A program made the position numbers and the translations under genes. The notes under the pieces were generated by a model, which worked only from the letters and a program-made list of their open reading frames with translations, was not told the DNA's origin and made no database searches. From a virus (lineage: Duplodnaviria > Caudoviricetes), in the IMG/VR virus record IMGVR_UViG_3300022723_000262, positions 1,541-65,540 of that record: a stretch of DNA of 64,000 bases; one strand, 5' to 3'. Positions 1 through 10,599 of this stretch are shown in pieces; the first letter of the stretch is position 1; every line of letters begins with the position of its first letter.

Positions 1-14
1 AAAAAATATGCCGT

Positions 15-773
15 TCAGTCGAACAGCGTTCGTTCCTTCTTGCGAAGTAGAAGCTTCATTCCTTCGAGGCGAATTCGCATCGCATCCGGAGAAACCTGGA
101 ACGTCTCGGCCAACGGCCGGCTGACGTGTTCCAATAACATATTGTCTTCTGCATCGTCGCCCGACTTGAAACCGCCACGCCGCAGAACTTCAGCCGTCAA
201 AATCTGTTGGCGCTTGGCCCGCAGGTCGTCGAGGTAGATCGGGTCCATGTTGCCGTACTGCTCGTGCCACGCGCGTTTTACCATGTCGCGCGGCATCAAC
301 AGGCAGGCGGCAAATTTGTTTGCTTGGAATTCCTTCGGATCACTTTGGCCGGCGCGAAAAACGTGATCGGGGCGCGGCGCGCCGCCAGGCAGCAAGGTCC
401 GCTCGCCGGCGCGGCGCAGATACAGGTGCCGGTGTAGTCGCCAGTGGCCCAATTCGTGCGCGAGCGTGAAATGGTAGCGCCCGCGCATCGAGGGAAAATC
501 CTCGGGGACCAAGGTCTGGTCGATGACGATCTTCTTGTCGTTGAAGTAGATCGCCCCCAGCACGTCGCCTTCGGGAAACTCGGTCCGCAGGTCGCGCAGC
601 TCGACGGCGATCTTAAGATACTCTTCGACGATGTCATCGATGGGGATCGGCGGCGCGGTGATGACGCCATGTTCCCGGCCGTACTCGGCGAGCAACAGCG
701 CAGCCTCGTCCTCGAATTCCTGCTCCTGCATGAAGCGCGGTTGCCGATCCGACTTGGAAATCCGTCTCGCCAT
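15..773 (-). CDS. ImmA/IrrE-family Zn metallopeptidase
   Basis: FTLAHELGHW (HExxH) and EFQANKFAACLLMP motifs; directly downstream of an XRE HTH gene; ATG at 773 (track ORF extends to 782). Confidence 0.9.
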   Translation of the reverse strand: MARRISKSDRQPRFMQEQEFEDEAALLLAEYGREHGVITAPPIPIDDIVEEYLKIAVELRDLRTEFPEGDVLGAIYFNDKKIVIDQTLVPEDFPSMRGRYHFTLAHELGHWRLHRHLYLRRAGERTLLPGGAPRPDHVFRAGQSDPKEFQANKFAACLLMPRDMVKRAWHEQYGNMDPIYLDDLRAKRQQILTAEVLRRGGFKSGDDAEDNMLLEHVSRPLAETFQVSPDAMRIRLEGMKLLLRKKERTLFD

Positions 774-778
774 TGTCC

Positions 779-1144
779 TCAATCTTCCTCCCTTTTTAAG
801 CGTTCGGCTTCTTCCCGCAATCGTCGCATCTGGTCCGCCGTCATGCCCCGCACGGCGCGAAGCAGGTCGGGCACGTCGGTCGGCGATTCGTGAATGATCC
901 CTGGCAAGTCCTCAGTTATTCGTCCCGCCAGCGCCGTCCATTCGTCCACACTCTCTTCGAGGATTTCGGCCATTCGCTTTACGCGGTCGGCGGTTGGCGG
1001 ATCGACGTTCATCTGTTCGACCTGCGACAAGTACGTCGGGCTAATACCCACCATCTTAGCGAACTTTCTCAGGCTGTAACCCTTCTCAATCCGCTTCTCG
1101 CGGAGCACCTGGCCGAATTGTTTCTGCTGTTTGTTCTTGGACAT
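779..1144 (-). CDS. XRE-family HTH transcriptional regulator
   Basis: LREKRIEKGYSLRKFAKMVGISPTYLSQVE is a Cro/C1-type HTH. Confidence 0.9.
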   Translation of the reverse strand: MSKNKQQKQFGQVLREKRIEKGYSLRKFAKMVGISPTYLSQVEQMNVDPPTADRVKRMAEILEESVDEWTALAGRITEDLPGIIHESPTDVPDLLRAVRGMTADQMRRLREEAERLKREED

Positions 1145-1145
1145 C

Positions 1146-3323
1146 TCAGTCCTCCACCTTGAACGTACGGTCCAGGATAGAGGGCAAAAGCGCGCTTAGT
1201 TCCGCATCCGACTCTTCACGTAATCGCGTTAGTTCCGTGAGCCGTCCGGTAGCGTTAGACAACAGATCAGCAATGCGTGTTTGGTCCTCCGGCGAAGGCA
1301 CTTTGATTGGTATAGCGAGAAAGGAATCCGGCTGAATCCTTCGTCGATCGCTGGTCCCATACGATCGCTCGTCACATGCCTGCCAAAACCAAGGCGTCTG
1401 CGTTATCCACGAGAACCATCTTGGAAGCACAATTTCAGTATTGATGACAAACACAGGAAAGTCGGAAGTCACGACGCACCCGTCTAATTCGGCTGGCACG
1501 ATCCCCACGGAACCGTGCCTTGCCCACATATTGTTGTAGACAAGATCGTCGGTTGTAATGTGAAACATCCGCTTCGCCTTGATGTCTCCTCCGTCTTTGA
1601 CCTCCCGCGCATATACACCCTTTCCCCACCATTTCACCCCGACGGTGCGATATTCGTGACCGGCACGAACTTGGGTAGGCCGCTGGCATCGCTCAACGAA
1701 ATCAGCAATCGTCTTTTGATTGCCTTCCACGTTTAAGCCCGCCAATAGCGTTTCAACCTCCGTGCAAAGTGATTCTGTCAGGGAATTCAGGCGGGCGCTC
1801 GTGTCTCGCAAACTTCCAATGATTGTCTCGGGGGGAACCCCCTCGAAACTCGGTGGTTTGCTTGGATTCGTGATGTCGAGATTAAAGCCAGATGACTTGA
1901 CCGATGAAACATTCACCTTCCAAGCACGGTCATTAGTTTTGCGTTTGTTCCACCAACCCAAGCAGTCATCAAATTCACTCAGCAGCAGTGGCTTTGTCTT
2001 TGTGTAATTGCGTCTTCCCTCTGGCAGCGGCTGTTCGTAAAACCAGATGTTCTTGGTCGGGCCAGATCTGTCGAAGAAAAGGATGTTGGTGCGGATGGGC
2101 GTGTATGGTGAGAAGACACCATTTGGCAGCCGAACAATCGTGTGAAGATTGAATTCACTCAAAAGTTCTTCTTTGATTCGCGCGCACACGCCGTCCCCAA
2201 ACAAGAATCCATCTGGTACGACGACAGCGGCGCGTCCTGGTTTCCCACCGTTGCGTTGCCCCCTCCTCAGTCTTCGCATGATGAGCTGCAGAAAAAGCAG
2301 AGCAGTTTCACTGGTCTGTTTGTCGGCGGGGAAATTCCCTCTAATGCCAGATTCCTCTTCTCCTCCAAACGGCGGATTTGTCAGGATGACGTCGACACGA
2401 TCCTTTTCGCCAAGCTCGGTGATTTTTACCGCCAAGCTGTTTCCGTACTCGACAGCCGGCGCGTCCAGACCGTGCAGCAGCAGATTCATCTGCGCGAGCA
2501 TGTACGGCAGCGGCTTGGCCTCGCCGCCAACAATGCTGCGCTCTTGGAGCACCTTGCGGTCCTGAGCCTTCGTGCATTGCTTTTCCAGGTGCGTGAAGGT
2601 CTCGGCCAAAAATCCTCCCGTGCCACAGGCAGGGTCGAGCACGACCTCGCCGAGCTGCGGATCGGTCACCGCGACCATGAACTGGATGACGGGGCGCGGG
2701 GTGTAGAATTCGCCGGAGTCGCCGGCGGCGTCGCGCATCTCGCGGAGCATCGACTCGTACAGCCGAGCAAGTGTGTGGATTTCTTCGGACGAATCAAAGT
2801 GGATGCCGTCGATGAGGTTGATCACGTCCCGCATCAGGTAACCGGAGATCATCCGGTTGTTTACGCCCTCGAAAACCGTGGCGATAACGTCCCGCCGGCG
2901 ATCTCCATTTGTCGAACGCAGACCGCGCAAATGGGTCAGCAACCCCGGCCCACGCTTGCCGTCGGGACGAACCGCTTCTTCCTGGTTGACGAAGGCGATC
3001 AGTTCGTCGCCGGTGATGCCGTCCTTGTTCGCGCCCCAATCGCGCCAACGGTACGGGGCCTCGATGGCCGACTTGTACTTCTTGCCTGCAATGCCAGCGC
3101 GGGCCTCTTCCAGCTTTTCACGGTCGTCGAGGAACTTCAGGAACATAATCCAGGTGAGCAAGGGCAGGCGATCCAGGTCGCCATTGAGGCCCTTGTCCTT
3201 CCGCATGATGTCCCGTGCTGATTTGATGAGCGCTGACAATTGCTGTGCCGTTGTCTTGGGCTGTTCAGCCTTCTTGGGTTTCTTGGTCTTCTTCTTAGCC
3301 GTCTTGGCTTTCTTCTTGGCCAT
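1146..3323 (-). CDS. hsdM: Type I RM N6-adenine methyltransferase (HsdM) fused to a C-terminal single-TRD HsdS-like domain
   Basis: GEFYTPR, LDPACGTGGF and TNPPFG motifs; last ~200 aa resemble one TRD plus conserved helix (IKVPSPEDQTRIADLL...LLPSILDRTF). Confidence 0.88.
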   Translation of the reverse strand: MAKKKAKTAKKKTKKPKKAEQPKTTAQQLSALIKSARDIMRKDKGLNGDLDRLPLLTWIMFLKFLDDREKLEEARAGIAGKKYKSAIEAPYRWRDWGANKDGITGDELIAFVNQEEAVRPDGKRGPGLLTHLRGLRSTNGDRRRDVIATVFEGVNNRMISGYLMRDVINLIDGIHFDSSEEIHTLARLYESMLREMRDAAGDSGEFYTPRPVIQFMVAVTDPQLGEVVLDPACGTGGFLAETFTHLEKQCTKAQDRKVLQERSIVGGEAKPLPYMLAQMNLLLHGLDAPAVEYGNSLAVKITELGEKDRVDVILTNPPFGGEEESGIRGNFPADKQTSETALLFLQLIMRRLRRGQRNGGKPGRAAVVVPDGFLFGDGVCARIKEELLSEFNLHTIVRLPNGVFSPYTPIRTNILFFDRSGPTKNIWFYEQPLPEGRRNYTKTKPLLLSEFDDCLGWWNKRKTNDRAWKVNVSSVKSSGFNLDITNPSKPPSFEGVPPETIIGSLRDTSARLNSLTESLCTEVETLLAGLNVEGNQKTIADFVERCQRPTQVRAGHEYRTVGVKWWGKGVYAREVKDGGDIKAKRMFHITTDDLVYNNMWARHGSVGIVPAELDGCVVTSDFPVFVINTEIVLPRWFSWITQTPWFWQACDERSYGTSDRRRIQPDSFLAIPIKVPSPEDQTRIADLLSNATGRLTELTRLREESDAELSALLPSILDRTFKVED

Positions 3324-3332
3324 CGTGGTCTT

Positions 3333-3803
3333 TTATTCCTTAGGGGTCGCCGCTGGGGCGGTCGACGTTGTGGTTGTCGTGCTTGACGTGGTGCTTGCCA
3401 AATACACTGTTGTGCCAACTGCGAAACTGAATATCAGCGCGCCTGCCACAAGCAATCCAATTGACCAGCCCCATCGCTTTCTGTTCTCAATCTCGGATGA
3501 TTCCGACTTCAGGCATAATGCTGCAAAGAGCCCGAGTCCCAGGTTCAAGAAGATCGCCAACAATGGATCGCAGATCATCCAGAACGAGTCGTACTTGACA
3601 AATTGGATAGAGGCGGCGGACGTGGAGATGCCGGCAAAACTGAGATTTATCAGGAACGACCGATAGAACCCTTCGCTCTTGAAGAACGGCGGAAAGTACA
3701 TCTCGCGATCTTCAGGAAGTACCCAGTCGCTGGACTGTTGTGCAAAGATCGCCGCTATCAGTGCAAGGATGACCAGCGAGACACAAATGGAAAACGTGAT
3801 CAC
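3333..3803 (-). CDS. Hypothetical membrane protein (about 4 TM segments)
   Basis: Hydrophobic segments and Thr-rich tail; tightly packed in the operon between hsdR and hsdM. Confidence 0.6.
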   Translation of the reverse strand: MITFSICVSLVILALIAAIFAQQSSDWVLPEDREMYFPPFFKSEGFYRSFLINLSFAGISTSAASIQFVKYDSFWMICDPLLAIFLNLGLGLFAALCLKSESSEIENRKRWGWSIGLLVAGALIFSFAVGTTVYLASTTSSTTTTTSTAPAATPKE

Positions 3804-3804
3804 G

Positions 3805-4485
3805 TTATGCCCCTCCGCCTTGGCGTCGCATAAGGTCGCTGATGCGTCGCCATGATTCTTCGGTATTGGCTGACAATCGAGTGTTGAAGCCGATTGGAGT
3901 GGCGTAAGGGACGACCAGCTTGTTCTCTACGTGGCTAGTCGGGTCTTCATCGCCTACTCGCAGGTCGATAACGAAGATCTTACCGTTGGCCATTAACTCC
4001 CCCCGCACTTCGTCTGTCGTCACATACCCATCAGGTATGAAAAAAAGCCTTCCCTTTTTGCCTTCAGTCCACGGAAGGTTTCCAACTAGGTAGCGAAAGC
4101 TATCGGCCACGGCGGGAGGTTGCACTTCGGTCAGATCGAATAGACCAATCGAGTCACCAACGTGAAATCCCGCGAGAAACAACTGATACGACGGTGTCGA
4201 GTTGATGCATTGCAGAATTCGGTTGAGGGGTCGGAACGTCGTTCGGATCTCTGGATCGGAAGAATGTCGCCATTCGACTGACGTGCCCGCGATCACGCGT
4301 GCGAGAAGCTGCCTTATCTCGTTGTCGGGAACGTTTGCACGCCGACCGTCATACTCGAGTGTGTAGCCTCGCCCGTCGTGAGAAATTACGAAGTCTCTCT
4401 CAGGCGCGGCATCCGGGTCTGGTGCAGGACGAGTATCTGGCAACAGCGTTACGTCCCTGGCGTGAAGTTCAAGTCGAATTGCCAT
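3805..4485 (-). CDS. Hypothetical protein
   Basis: 226-aa ORF with GGAG RBS filling the gap downstream of hsdR. Confidence 0.65.
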   Translation of the reverse strand: MAIRLELHARDVTLLPDTRPAPDPDAAPERDFVISHDGRGYTLEYDGRRANVPDNEIRQLLARVIAGTSVEWRHSSDPEIRTTFRPLNRILQCINSTPSYQLFLAGFHVGDSIGLFDLTEVQPPAVADSFRYLVGNLPWTEGKKGRLFFIPDGYVTTDEVRGELMANGKIFVIDLRVGDEDPTSHVENKLVVPYATPIGFNTRLSANTEESWRRISDLMRRQGGGA

Positions 4486-4501
4486 GTCTCATCCGCTCCC
4501 G

Positions 4502-6862
4502 CTACGCTGCTGCGTAGAGTAATGTCTGAAGTTGAATCACTGCTTGCCGCAACTGCTCAACACCGCCGAATCGGCCGGCGATCTCGATCACGTTGCCGTG
4601 GGCGCTGATCGGCGGAACCTCCAGCACGTCGGGAATGACGAACTGTGCCGTGCCATGTTCGGTGTACTTGTCGAGCAGCTCGTCGAGGATTTCCCGCGCG
4701 TCCGGCCCGAACTGATCGAAAAAGTCTTGCCGTTCGGTTCGAAGCCGCTGGGCCCGTTCGCGGCGCGTGCGAAGCGGAGCGTTGAACGCCAGGTGGCAGA
4801 TCAGGTCGAGCGGGTCGGCGTCGGGCTGGTTGGCGGTCTCGGCCAGGTGGTCAAAGTCGATGCCGCGTTCTTCCAGCCGTTCGATGATGTCGCTACGCCG
4901 CTCAGGATCAGCCCATTCGCCGCGCAGTTCGGCGGCGTTGCGGAAGAGCGTGCGAACCTTGTCGGCGGTGTAATCGGTAAATTGGACAACGCGGAGTTGG
5001 TTGCCGTCGGGATCGAGCTCGTAGACCAGGTGCGCCGCGATTTCAACCTGGCCGCCATCGTAGTAAAACTTGCGGCGAGGCTCGTCGGGCTCGTCTGGCG
5101 GCAACGGCTCGGGGCCTTCGTCCTCCAGCTCTTCTTCCGGCGTCACGACTGTTTCGTCGTCGACGGGCTCGCCTTCTTCGTCGATGGTCTGTTCCGTTTC
5201 GATGGTCGGATCGCCGTCGAACTCGGGATCGGCAAACAGCCGCGTCGCTGAGCCGGTGTAGTCCAGGATGCTAAAGAACAGCTTGCCGTAGTCGTCGCGC
5301 ACCCGCGTGCCGCGCCCGATGATTTGCTTGAACTCGGTCATCGAGTTGATGACCCGCAGCAGCACGATGTTCTGTACGGTCGGCGCATCGACGCCGGTTG
5401 TCAGAAGCTGCGACGTGGTCAGGATGACGGGCGTGCGCCGTTCCAGATCCTGGAAGTTGCTGAGGTGTCCGCGCCCGATGGCGCCCTCGTCGGACGTGAC
5501 GCGGCAAACATAGTCGGGATTGTCGCGGACCAGGTCAGCGTTGAGGTTGTTCAGCGCCCGCCGCATTTCGTCTGCGTGTTCTTGATCGACGCAGAAGACA
5601 ATCGTCTTGGCGAAACGATCGGTGCGCCGCATGTACTCGGTCAAATGGTGGGCGACTGCTTCGGTCCTGGCCCGCAGCGAGACGATGCGTTCGAATTCGC
5701 CGGTGTGATATTCCTCGTCGGGAATCTCCCGCCCGTATCGGTCGAGATCGCCCTGGCTCGGCCGCCAGCCCGCGGCATCCCAGGTGGTGACGACGCGGTG
5801 GACGCGATACGGCGCGAGGAACCCGTCCTCGATGCCCTGCCGCAAACTGTAGGTGTAGATGGGATCGCCGAAGTAGTTGTACGTGTCGGCGTTATCCTGG
5901 CGCCGCGGCGTTGCAGTCATGCCGATTTGGAACGCGGGCTGGAAGTAGTCCAGAATCTCTCGCCAGTTGCTGTCGTCGCGGGCGCTGCCGCGATGACATT
6001 CGTCCACGATGATCAAATCGAAAAAGTCGGGCGCGAATTCGCGGTAAAGTCCGGGGCGATTGGCATCCCGCGCGATCGACTGGTAGATGGCGAAGTACAT
6101 TTCGCGGCTTTGCACGGCTCGTCCGCCAGCGATCTTCCAGCGGGCATCGCCAAACGGCGCGAAGATCTTGGCCATCGGGTCGTCAACCAGAATGTTGCGA
6201 TCCGCCAAGTACAGAATCCGCGGCCGGCGGTGCTCGCCCGTGCGATTCCATCTTGAGTTCCACAGCTTCCAGCAGATCTGGAAGGCAACGACGGTTTTTC
6301 CTGTGCCGGTCGCCATTGTGAGCAGGATGCGCGGATTGCCTTGGGCGACCGCCTGCACGGCGCGATTGATCGCGATCTCTTGATAGTAGCGTGGCGACTT
6401 GCCGCTGAGATGATAGGCCGGCGCCAGGAGGCGTTCGGCGGCTTCGGCCGTGAGCGACTGCTCGGTCGTAAGCCGCGTCCAAAGTTCCTCCGGCGTCGGA
6501 AACGCCGAGATATCCCGTTCGATCCCGGTCGTGTAGTCAAACTCAATGATGCCGTGGCCGTTCGTGGCATAGGCGAATTTGAGGCCGAGGATTTCGGCGT
6601 AGTCTTTGGCCTGCTGGAGACCCTCACCAGGCGTGGCGTAGGTCGGCTTGGCCTCGACAACGGCGATGGGGAAGTCGGGGCGATAGCGGAGAATGTAGTC
6701 TGCCCGCTTGCCCGGTCGCCGCCGCCCACGCCGACCGGCGACGATGATCCGCCCGTCCGTAAACGTCACCTGCTCGTTGATTCGGTACGGATCGTTATCC
6801 CACCCGGCGGCTTGCAGCCGCGGGACAACGTATCGTCGGCAGGTGTCGGCTTCGTTGGGCAT
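4502..6862 (-). CDS. hsdR: Type I restriction endonuclease subunit R (EcoAI/EcoEI-like)
   Basis: N-terminal ADYIL...VVEAK nuclease motif, MATGTGKT Walker A, DECH, QIIGRGTR, EcoEI_R_C-like C-terminus. Confidence 0.93.
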   Translation of the reverse strand: MPNEADTCRRYVVPRLQAAGWDNDPYRINEQVTFTDGRIIVAGRRGRRRPGKRADYILRYRPDFPIAVVEAKPTYATPGEGLQQAKDYAEILGLKFAYATNGHGIIEFDYTTGIERDISAFPTPEELWTRLTTEQSLTAEAAERLLAPAYHLSGKSPRYYQEIAINRAVQAVAQGNPRILLTMATGTGKTVVAFQICWKLWNSRWNRTGEHRRPRILYLADRNILVDDPMAKIFAPFGDARWKIAGGRAVQSREMYFAIYQSIARDANRPGLYREFAPDFFDLIIVDECHRGSARDDSNWREILDYFQPAFQIGMTATPRRQDNADTYNYFGDPIYTYSLRQGIEDGFLAPYRVHRVVTTWDAAGWRPSQGDLDRYGREIPDEEYHTGEFERIVSLRARTEAVAHHLTEYMRRTDRFAKTIVFCVDQEHADEMRRALNNLNADLVRDNPDYVCRVTSDEGAIGRGHLSNFQDLERRTPVILTTSQLLTTGVDAPTVQNIVLLRVINSMTEFKQIIGRGTRVRDDYGKLFFSILDYTGSATRLFADPEFDGDPTIETEQTIDEEGEPVDDETVVTPEEELEDEGPEPLPPDEPDEPRRKFYYDGGQVEIAAHLVYELDPDGNQLRVVQFTDYTADKVRTLFRNAAELRGEWADPERRSDIIERLEERGIDFDHLAETANQPDADPLDLICHLAFNAPLRTRRERAQRLRTERQDFFDQFGPDAREILDELLDKYTEHGTAQFVIPDVLEVPPISAHGNVIEIAGRFGGVEQLRQAVIQLQTLLYAAA

Positions 6863-6867
6863 GGTTG

Positions 6868-9800
6868 CTACAAATCCAGGTCGTCGAGGAGATCATCGAT
6901 CCCGCCAGAGTCGATGCTGCCGTTTGCCTCATCGCGGGTGATGATGAGCGTACCGTTCGGTCCGCCGCCGTCCTCGCGCGGCAAGATCCCGTTGGCCTTG
7001 TACCAGGCAAGCTTCTTCTCCCACCGCTTGCGGTAACTGGGAACGTGCAGCATGCCGCAATGTTCCCAGTAGTAGTTCTTCCCGGACTCCATATCTTCGA
7101 TCGTGAAGTCGGGGTATTTCGTGACGCCATCGATTGTCAGCGGGCGTTCGTAAAGCAGCTCAATCCCTCGGCGCGTGATATGATCTGCGATGATGACCTC
7201 CGACTTGGATCGGACCATTTCGCCGCTCGACGTCCGGTGGATGAGGCTCTCCTCAAACATCCGCCCGTCGATGGTGATGGGCGATGGTGCGGCGAATAGA
7301 TTGGTCAACCGCTGCGCGGTATCAGAGCGGTCATCGGACGAGTACTTGCGCAGCTCGGATCGCGGGCCTTGGTGCAAGATCACGACGCGGTCTTTCTGTC
7401 GCGTGAGCGCCGTGTAAAGCATTTCGCGCGACAGCACTCGGCACGGGTTGGGCATGACCAGGAAGACCGTGCCGAACTCGCTGCCTTGGCATTTGTGGAC
7501 CGTGAGCGCGTAGGCCAATTCCAGGATGGCACTGCCTTCTTCCGAGAAGTCCCGGCTCGTGTAGTCGTACTTGAATCGTGGCTGCGAAGAAAACTCGACC
7601 TCCAGCTTCCAGCGAAAGTCGGGCAGGCCGCGTTTCCAGAAGAACCCTTCGACCATGCCAATTTCGCCGTTGGCGATGTACGGGCTGTCCTTTTCGGGAA
7701 AAACCTTGCGGTGCCGGTTCCACCATTGAGTCGGATCGGTGTTCACGACGTTGATCACCTTGTCGCCGTACACAATCTCTTCCGGCCCCATCGGCTTGGG
7801 GTACTTGCGGTTTCGCTGCTTGCGCGACTCGTCGATCATTTCTTGGCGAAACTGTTTGTGGATTTGCCGATTGAGATCAGGCGCGCCATGCGGCCCCGTT
7901 TTCACTGGCGACAGAATCTGCCAGCATTCGGCCGCCTCAGCTGCGCCGAAATTGAAGAACCGCTTGTCATTCCACTCCGTGCCCCCGAGGATTCTGTCGA
8001 ACCCCACGATGTCGTCGGGCCCGTCGAGCTTCAATTCCTCAACAAGAATGTTGATCACCTTGGCACGCAACTCGTCCGGTGAGTCCCACTGCTCGAAGCG
8101 GACGTGGTCGCTTTTGCCGGTGCGAACGACAGTGTCGAAGACCTCGTCCTCGCCCGGCGCGATCGGCGATCCGCTGAACCACTCTGCCAACTGAAGGTCC
8201 TCGCGATCCTGGCCGGCTTGGCGTCGTCGGATCGTCAACTCGGCGTAGCCGGGTCCGACGCGCGGGAATCGCTCTCGGCCTCCTTCGGGCTCAAGGTGAT
8301 TCGTGACGTCGACAAACGGCCGGCCAGAACCGATCGGCGGAAGCTGGCGCGGATCGCCGATCAAGATCAGACGATGCACCCCTTTCAACGCCTGAATCAG
8401 CGCAGCGAACATCTCCTCGGTCAGCATGGACGACTCATCGATGATGACGGTGCGAGCACCGGCCTCGGCCGGCTTGTCCGACAGCTTGTAGCGACCAGTC
8501 GAGGCGTCATACCGGTGCGGACTGAGAAACTGGGCGATCGTGTAGCCCTTCAGTTTCAGATCCTGCGTCGATTGTTCCATTCGCACCCGCGCCTTGCCGG
8601 TTGGCGCGAGCAACAGGACGCCGCCTTTGGCAATGTCCTTTTGCGAACAAAGGACCGAAAGCAGCGTCGTCTTGCCGGTGCCTGCCGGACCAATCAGGAC
8701 GGAAATGCGGGACTCGGCGAGTTCCTTCAGCGCCGCGGTTTTCTCCTCACGCGCCTTCTCTTCAAGCTCGTCGCTCCCCTTCGCCCCCTTCTTCTTCAGG
8801 TGTTCGTCCAGCAGGGCCCGCCAATCCGCATTAACTTCCAATCGCGTGCCGCCAACGCGTTTGGTGACGGCTGAACGAATGACTGCTCCCATGTCGGCGA
8901 GTCGGCCAAGCTGGAGCGCTGGCGCATCGTTGGCCATCGGCACTTCCACGACGGCGTCGTCAAAATCGTCTTTTGCCACGTCGATCAGGTCTGAGTCAAC
9001 TTCGCAGCTAGGCTCAAGAGTCAACCCACGGATGCGCTCGACCACTTCGTCCTGTGGCAGGAGCGTGCAGCCATTGCCCGATGCATCCTCGAGGACTTTC
9101 ACCGTGAGTCCACGGACCCGTCGAGCGTCGGTTCCGGCGTCCAGAGCGCTAGGCTCAGGAAGCGGATGTTCCTTCCGAATGACCTCGTCGGGAAACACGC
9201 CACGGTCGACGGTCCAAACGCTGATCGGAGCGTCCGTCAGTCGCGTGAGTTCGTACAAGAGATAAGGATTGGCGAGGATGCCCTTCTCGTCGACTTCAAA
9301 TCCGGCCTTCTTGCGGCGGATCGGGTCGTACAGCGTCTCGGCTTGGGCTTTGGTAATCTCAAATCGGCTCAGCAATTCAAGTAGCGCCCGCTTCTCCGGC
9401 TTCAATCGACTCCACTTCTCACGCAGGGTCTTGCCAATGCCGCTGGCCAAGTGCGCTGGCAGGTGCTTCTTCGGCGCATCAAATACTTGATCAACCAGCG
9501 GCCACGGGTTTGCGTTCTCCCCCGCCTTCTCGGCAACGTCGTGCGCAACGAACGTGCCAAGTTTCAGCCCAAAAGCCCATAGCGCCGCACCCAAACCTGG
9601 ACACGGGCCGCGCACCTTCCAGAGTTCGTCAAGCCGATGATCAATCCATTCGATGCACTGGTCCCACGGTCCAGGCAGTTTTTCTTTCGCTCGTCGCAAT
9701 GATTCAGCACAAGCCAGCAGGCTGGCAATTGCGGCGTCGTGCGTCACCAATTGCGATACGTGAGAGAATTCAAGGCTGCGGTCGTCGGGCGAGAACGCCG

Positions 9801-10599
9801 CGATCTCGGCTGGATCGAAGTCAGAGTCGGTCTTGGCTAGCTCGATGGCAGCATGGTAAGGCAGCAGGAATCCGTCTTTGAAATCTGGGCGAATGGAATG
9901 TTGCACCATCAACTCCCAGAGCATCGACCGGAGCTTGCCATCGAGATCCTTCGTGTTGTACCGGTACTCTTGGCACGGCGCGATGTGCTTCACACGCCCC
10001 ACGCCGATTAAGATGCGACTGCGGCCCGCATCCTCGACGAAGGGGACCTGCTTCGCATAAAAGAAACACAAGGACTCATCGGCGACGATGTGAGCTCGGA
10101 AACAGTCCAGTAGTGCGGTGTGATTCCGATAGTCCTGTATCCACTGAGTTGGAAACCCGAGGTCAGGTTCGCGCTCCGGCTGCACGTCGATCGCGTATTC
10201 CTCTCCCAAGCCAGGCATGGCATCGGCGAGCATCCAAGCGAACGGGATTGCGGCGGCGGAGTATTTCGGATGTCGTAGCGGCGTCGGGACAAAATGCGCA
10301 TGCGCGCAGTCTTCGCCCCGGTTGTACGGATGGTTCTTCATCTTCGTGAATTCGAACGGAGCCATGAAACTGACTCGTTCGTCCACGCAGCACGGCCACT
10401 GGTTTTCAGCGAGATCATTGATGGACTGGCTGGCCACCGCTTGCTCGGCCGCGTCGTCTCGCGACTGCCCGATACGTTTCAATCGCAGGCAGGAATCATT
10501 AAGATGGGGCTGTGCGCAAACCCGTCCGTCCCAGGCGGTATCGTGCCAAGGGACACGGATCGAAATGTGGCGAAGCGGGTATGTCTCAGGCATGACCAT
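6868..10599 (-). CDS. RecD-like SF1 helicase with large N-terminal domain and C-terminal PD-(D/E)XK-type nuclease domain
   Basis: GPAGTGKT, IIDESSM, GDPRQLPP, YALTVHKCQGSEF, LYTALTR; C-terminal RSKSE...PDFTI...WEHCG. Confidence 0.85.
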   Translation of the reverse strand: MVMPETYPLRHISIRVPWHDTAWDGRVCAQPHLNDSCLRLKRIGQSRDDAAEQAVASQSINDLAENQWPCCVDERVSFMAPFEFTKMKNHPYNRGEDCAHAHFVPTPLRHPKYSAAAIPFAWMLADAMPGLGEEYAIDVQPEREPDLGFPTQWIQDYRNHTALLDCFRAHIVADESLCFFYAKQVPFVEDAGRSRILIGVGRVKHIAPCQEYRYNTKDLDGKLRSMLWELMVQHSIRPDFKDGFLLPYHAAIELAKTDSDFDPAEIAAFSPDDRSLEFSHVSQLVTHDAAIASLLACAESLRRAKEKLPGPWDQCIEWIDHRLDELWKVRGPCPGLGAALWAFGLKLGTFVAHDVAEKAGENANPWPLVDQVFDAPKKHLPAHLASGIGKTLREKWSRLKPEKRALLELLSRFEITKAQAETLYDPIRRKKAGFEVDEKGILANPYLLYELTRLTDAPISVWTVDRGVFPDEVIRKEHPLPEPSALDAGTDARRVRGLTVKVLEDASGNGCTLLPQDEVVERIRGLTLEPSCEVDSDLIDVAKDDFDDAVVEVPMANDAPALQLGRLADMGAVIRSAVTKRVGGTRLEVNADWRALLDEHLKKKGAKGSDELEEKAREEKTAALKELAESRISVLIGPAGTGKTTLLSVLCSQKDIAKGGVLLLAPTGKARVRMEQSTQDLKLKGYTIAQFLSPHRYDASTGRYKLSDKPAEAGARTVIIDESSMLTEEMFAALIQALKGVHRLILIGDPRQLPPIGSGRPFVDVTNHLEPEGGRERFPRVGPGYAELTIRRRQAGQDREDLQLAEWFSGSPIAPGEDEVFDTVVRTGKSDHVRFEQWDSPDELRAKVINILVEELKLDGPDDIVGFDRILGGTEWNDKRFFNFGAAEAAECWQILSPVKTGPHGAPDLNRQIHKQFRQEMIDESRKQRNRKYPKPMGPEEIVYGDKVINVVNTDPTQWWNRHRKVFPEKDSPYIANGEIGMVEGFFWKRGLPDFRWKLEVEFSSQPRFKYDYTSRDFSEEGSAILELAYALTVHKCQGSEFGTVFLVMPNPCRVLSREMLYTALTRQKDRVVILHQGPRSELRKYSSDDRSDTAQRLTNLFAAPSPITIDGRMFEESLIHRTSSGEMVRSKSEVIIADHITRRGIELLYERPLTIDGVTKYPDFTIEDMESGKNYYWEHCGMLHVPSYRKRWEKKLAWYKANGILPREDGGGPNGTLIITRDEANGSIDSGGIDDLLDDLDL

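Noticed and set aside
7-15. Partial match (AACGGCATA, minus strand) to the phage promoter motif
   Set aside because: Lacks CATAAC and the upstream GCGCGCAGT box; at the window edge
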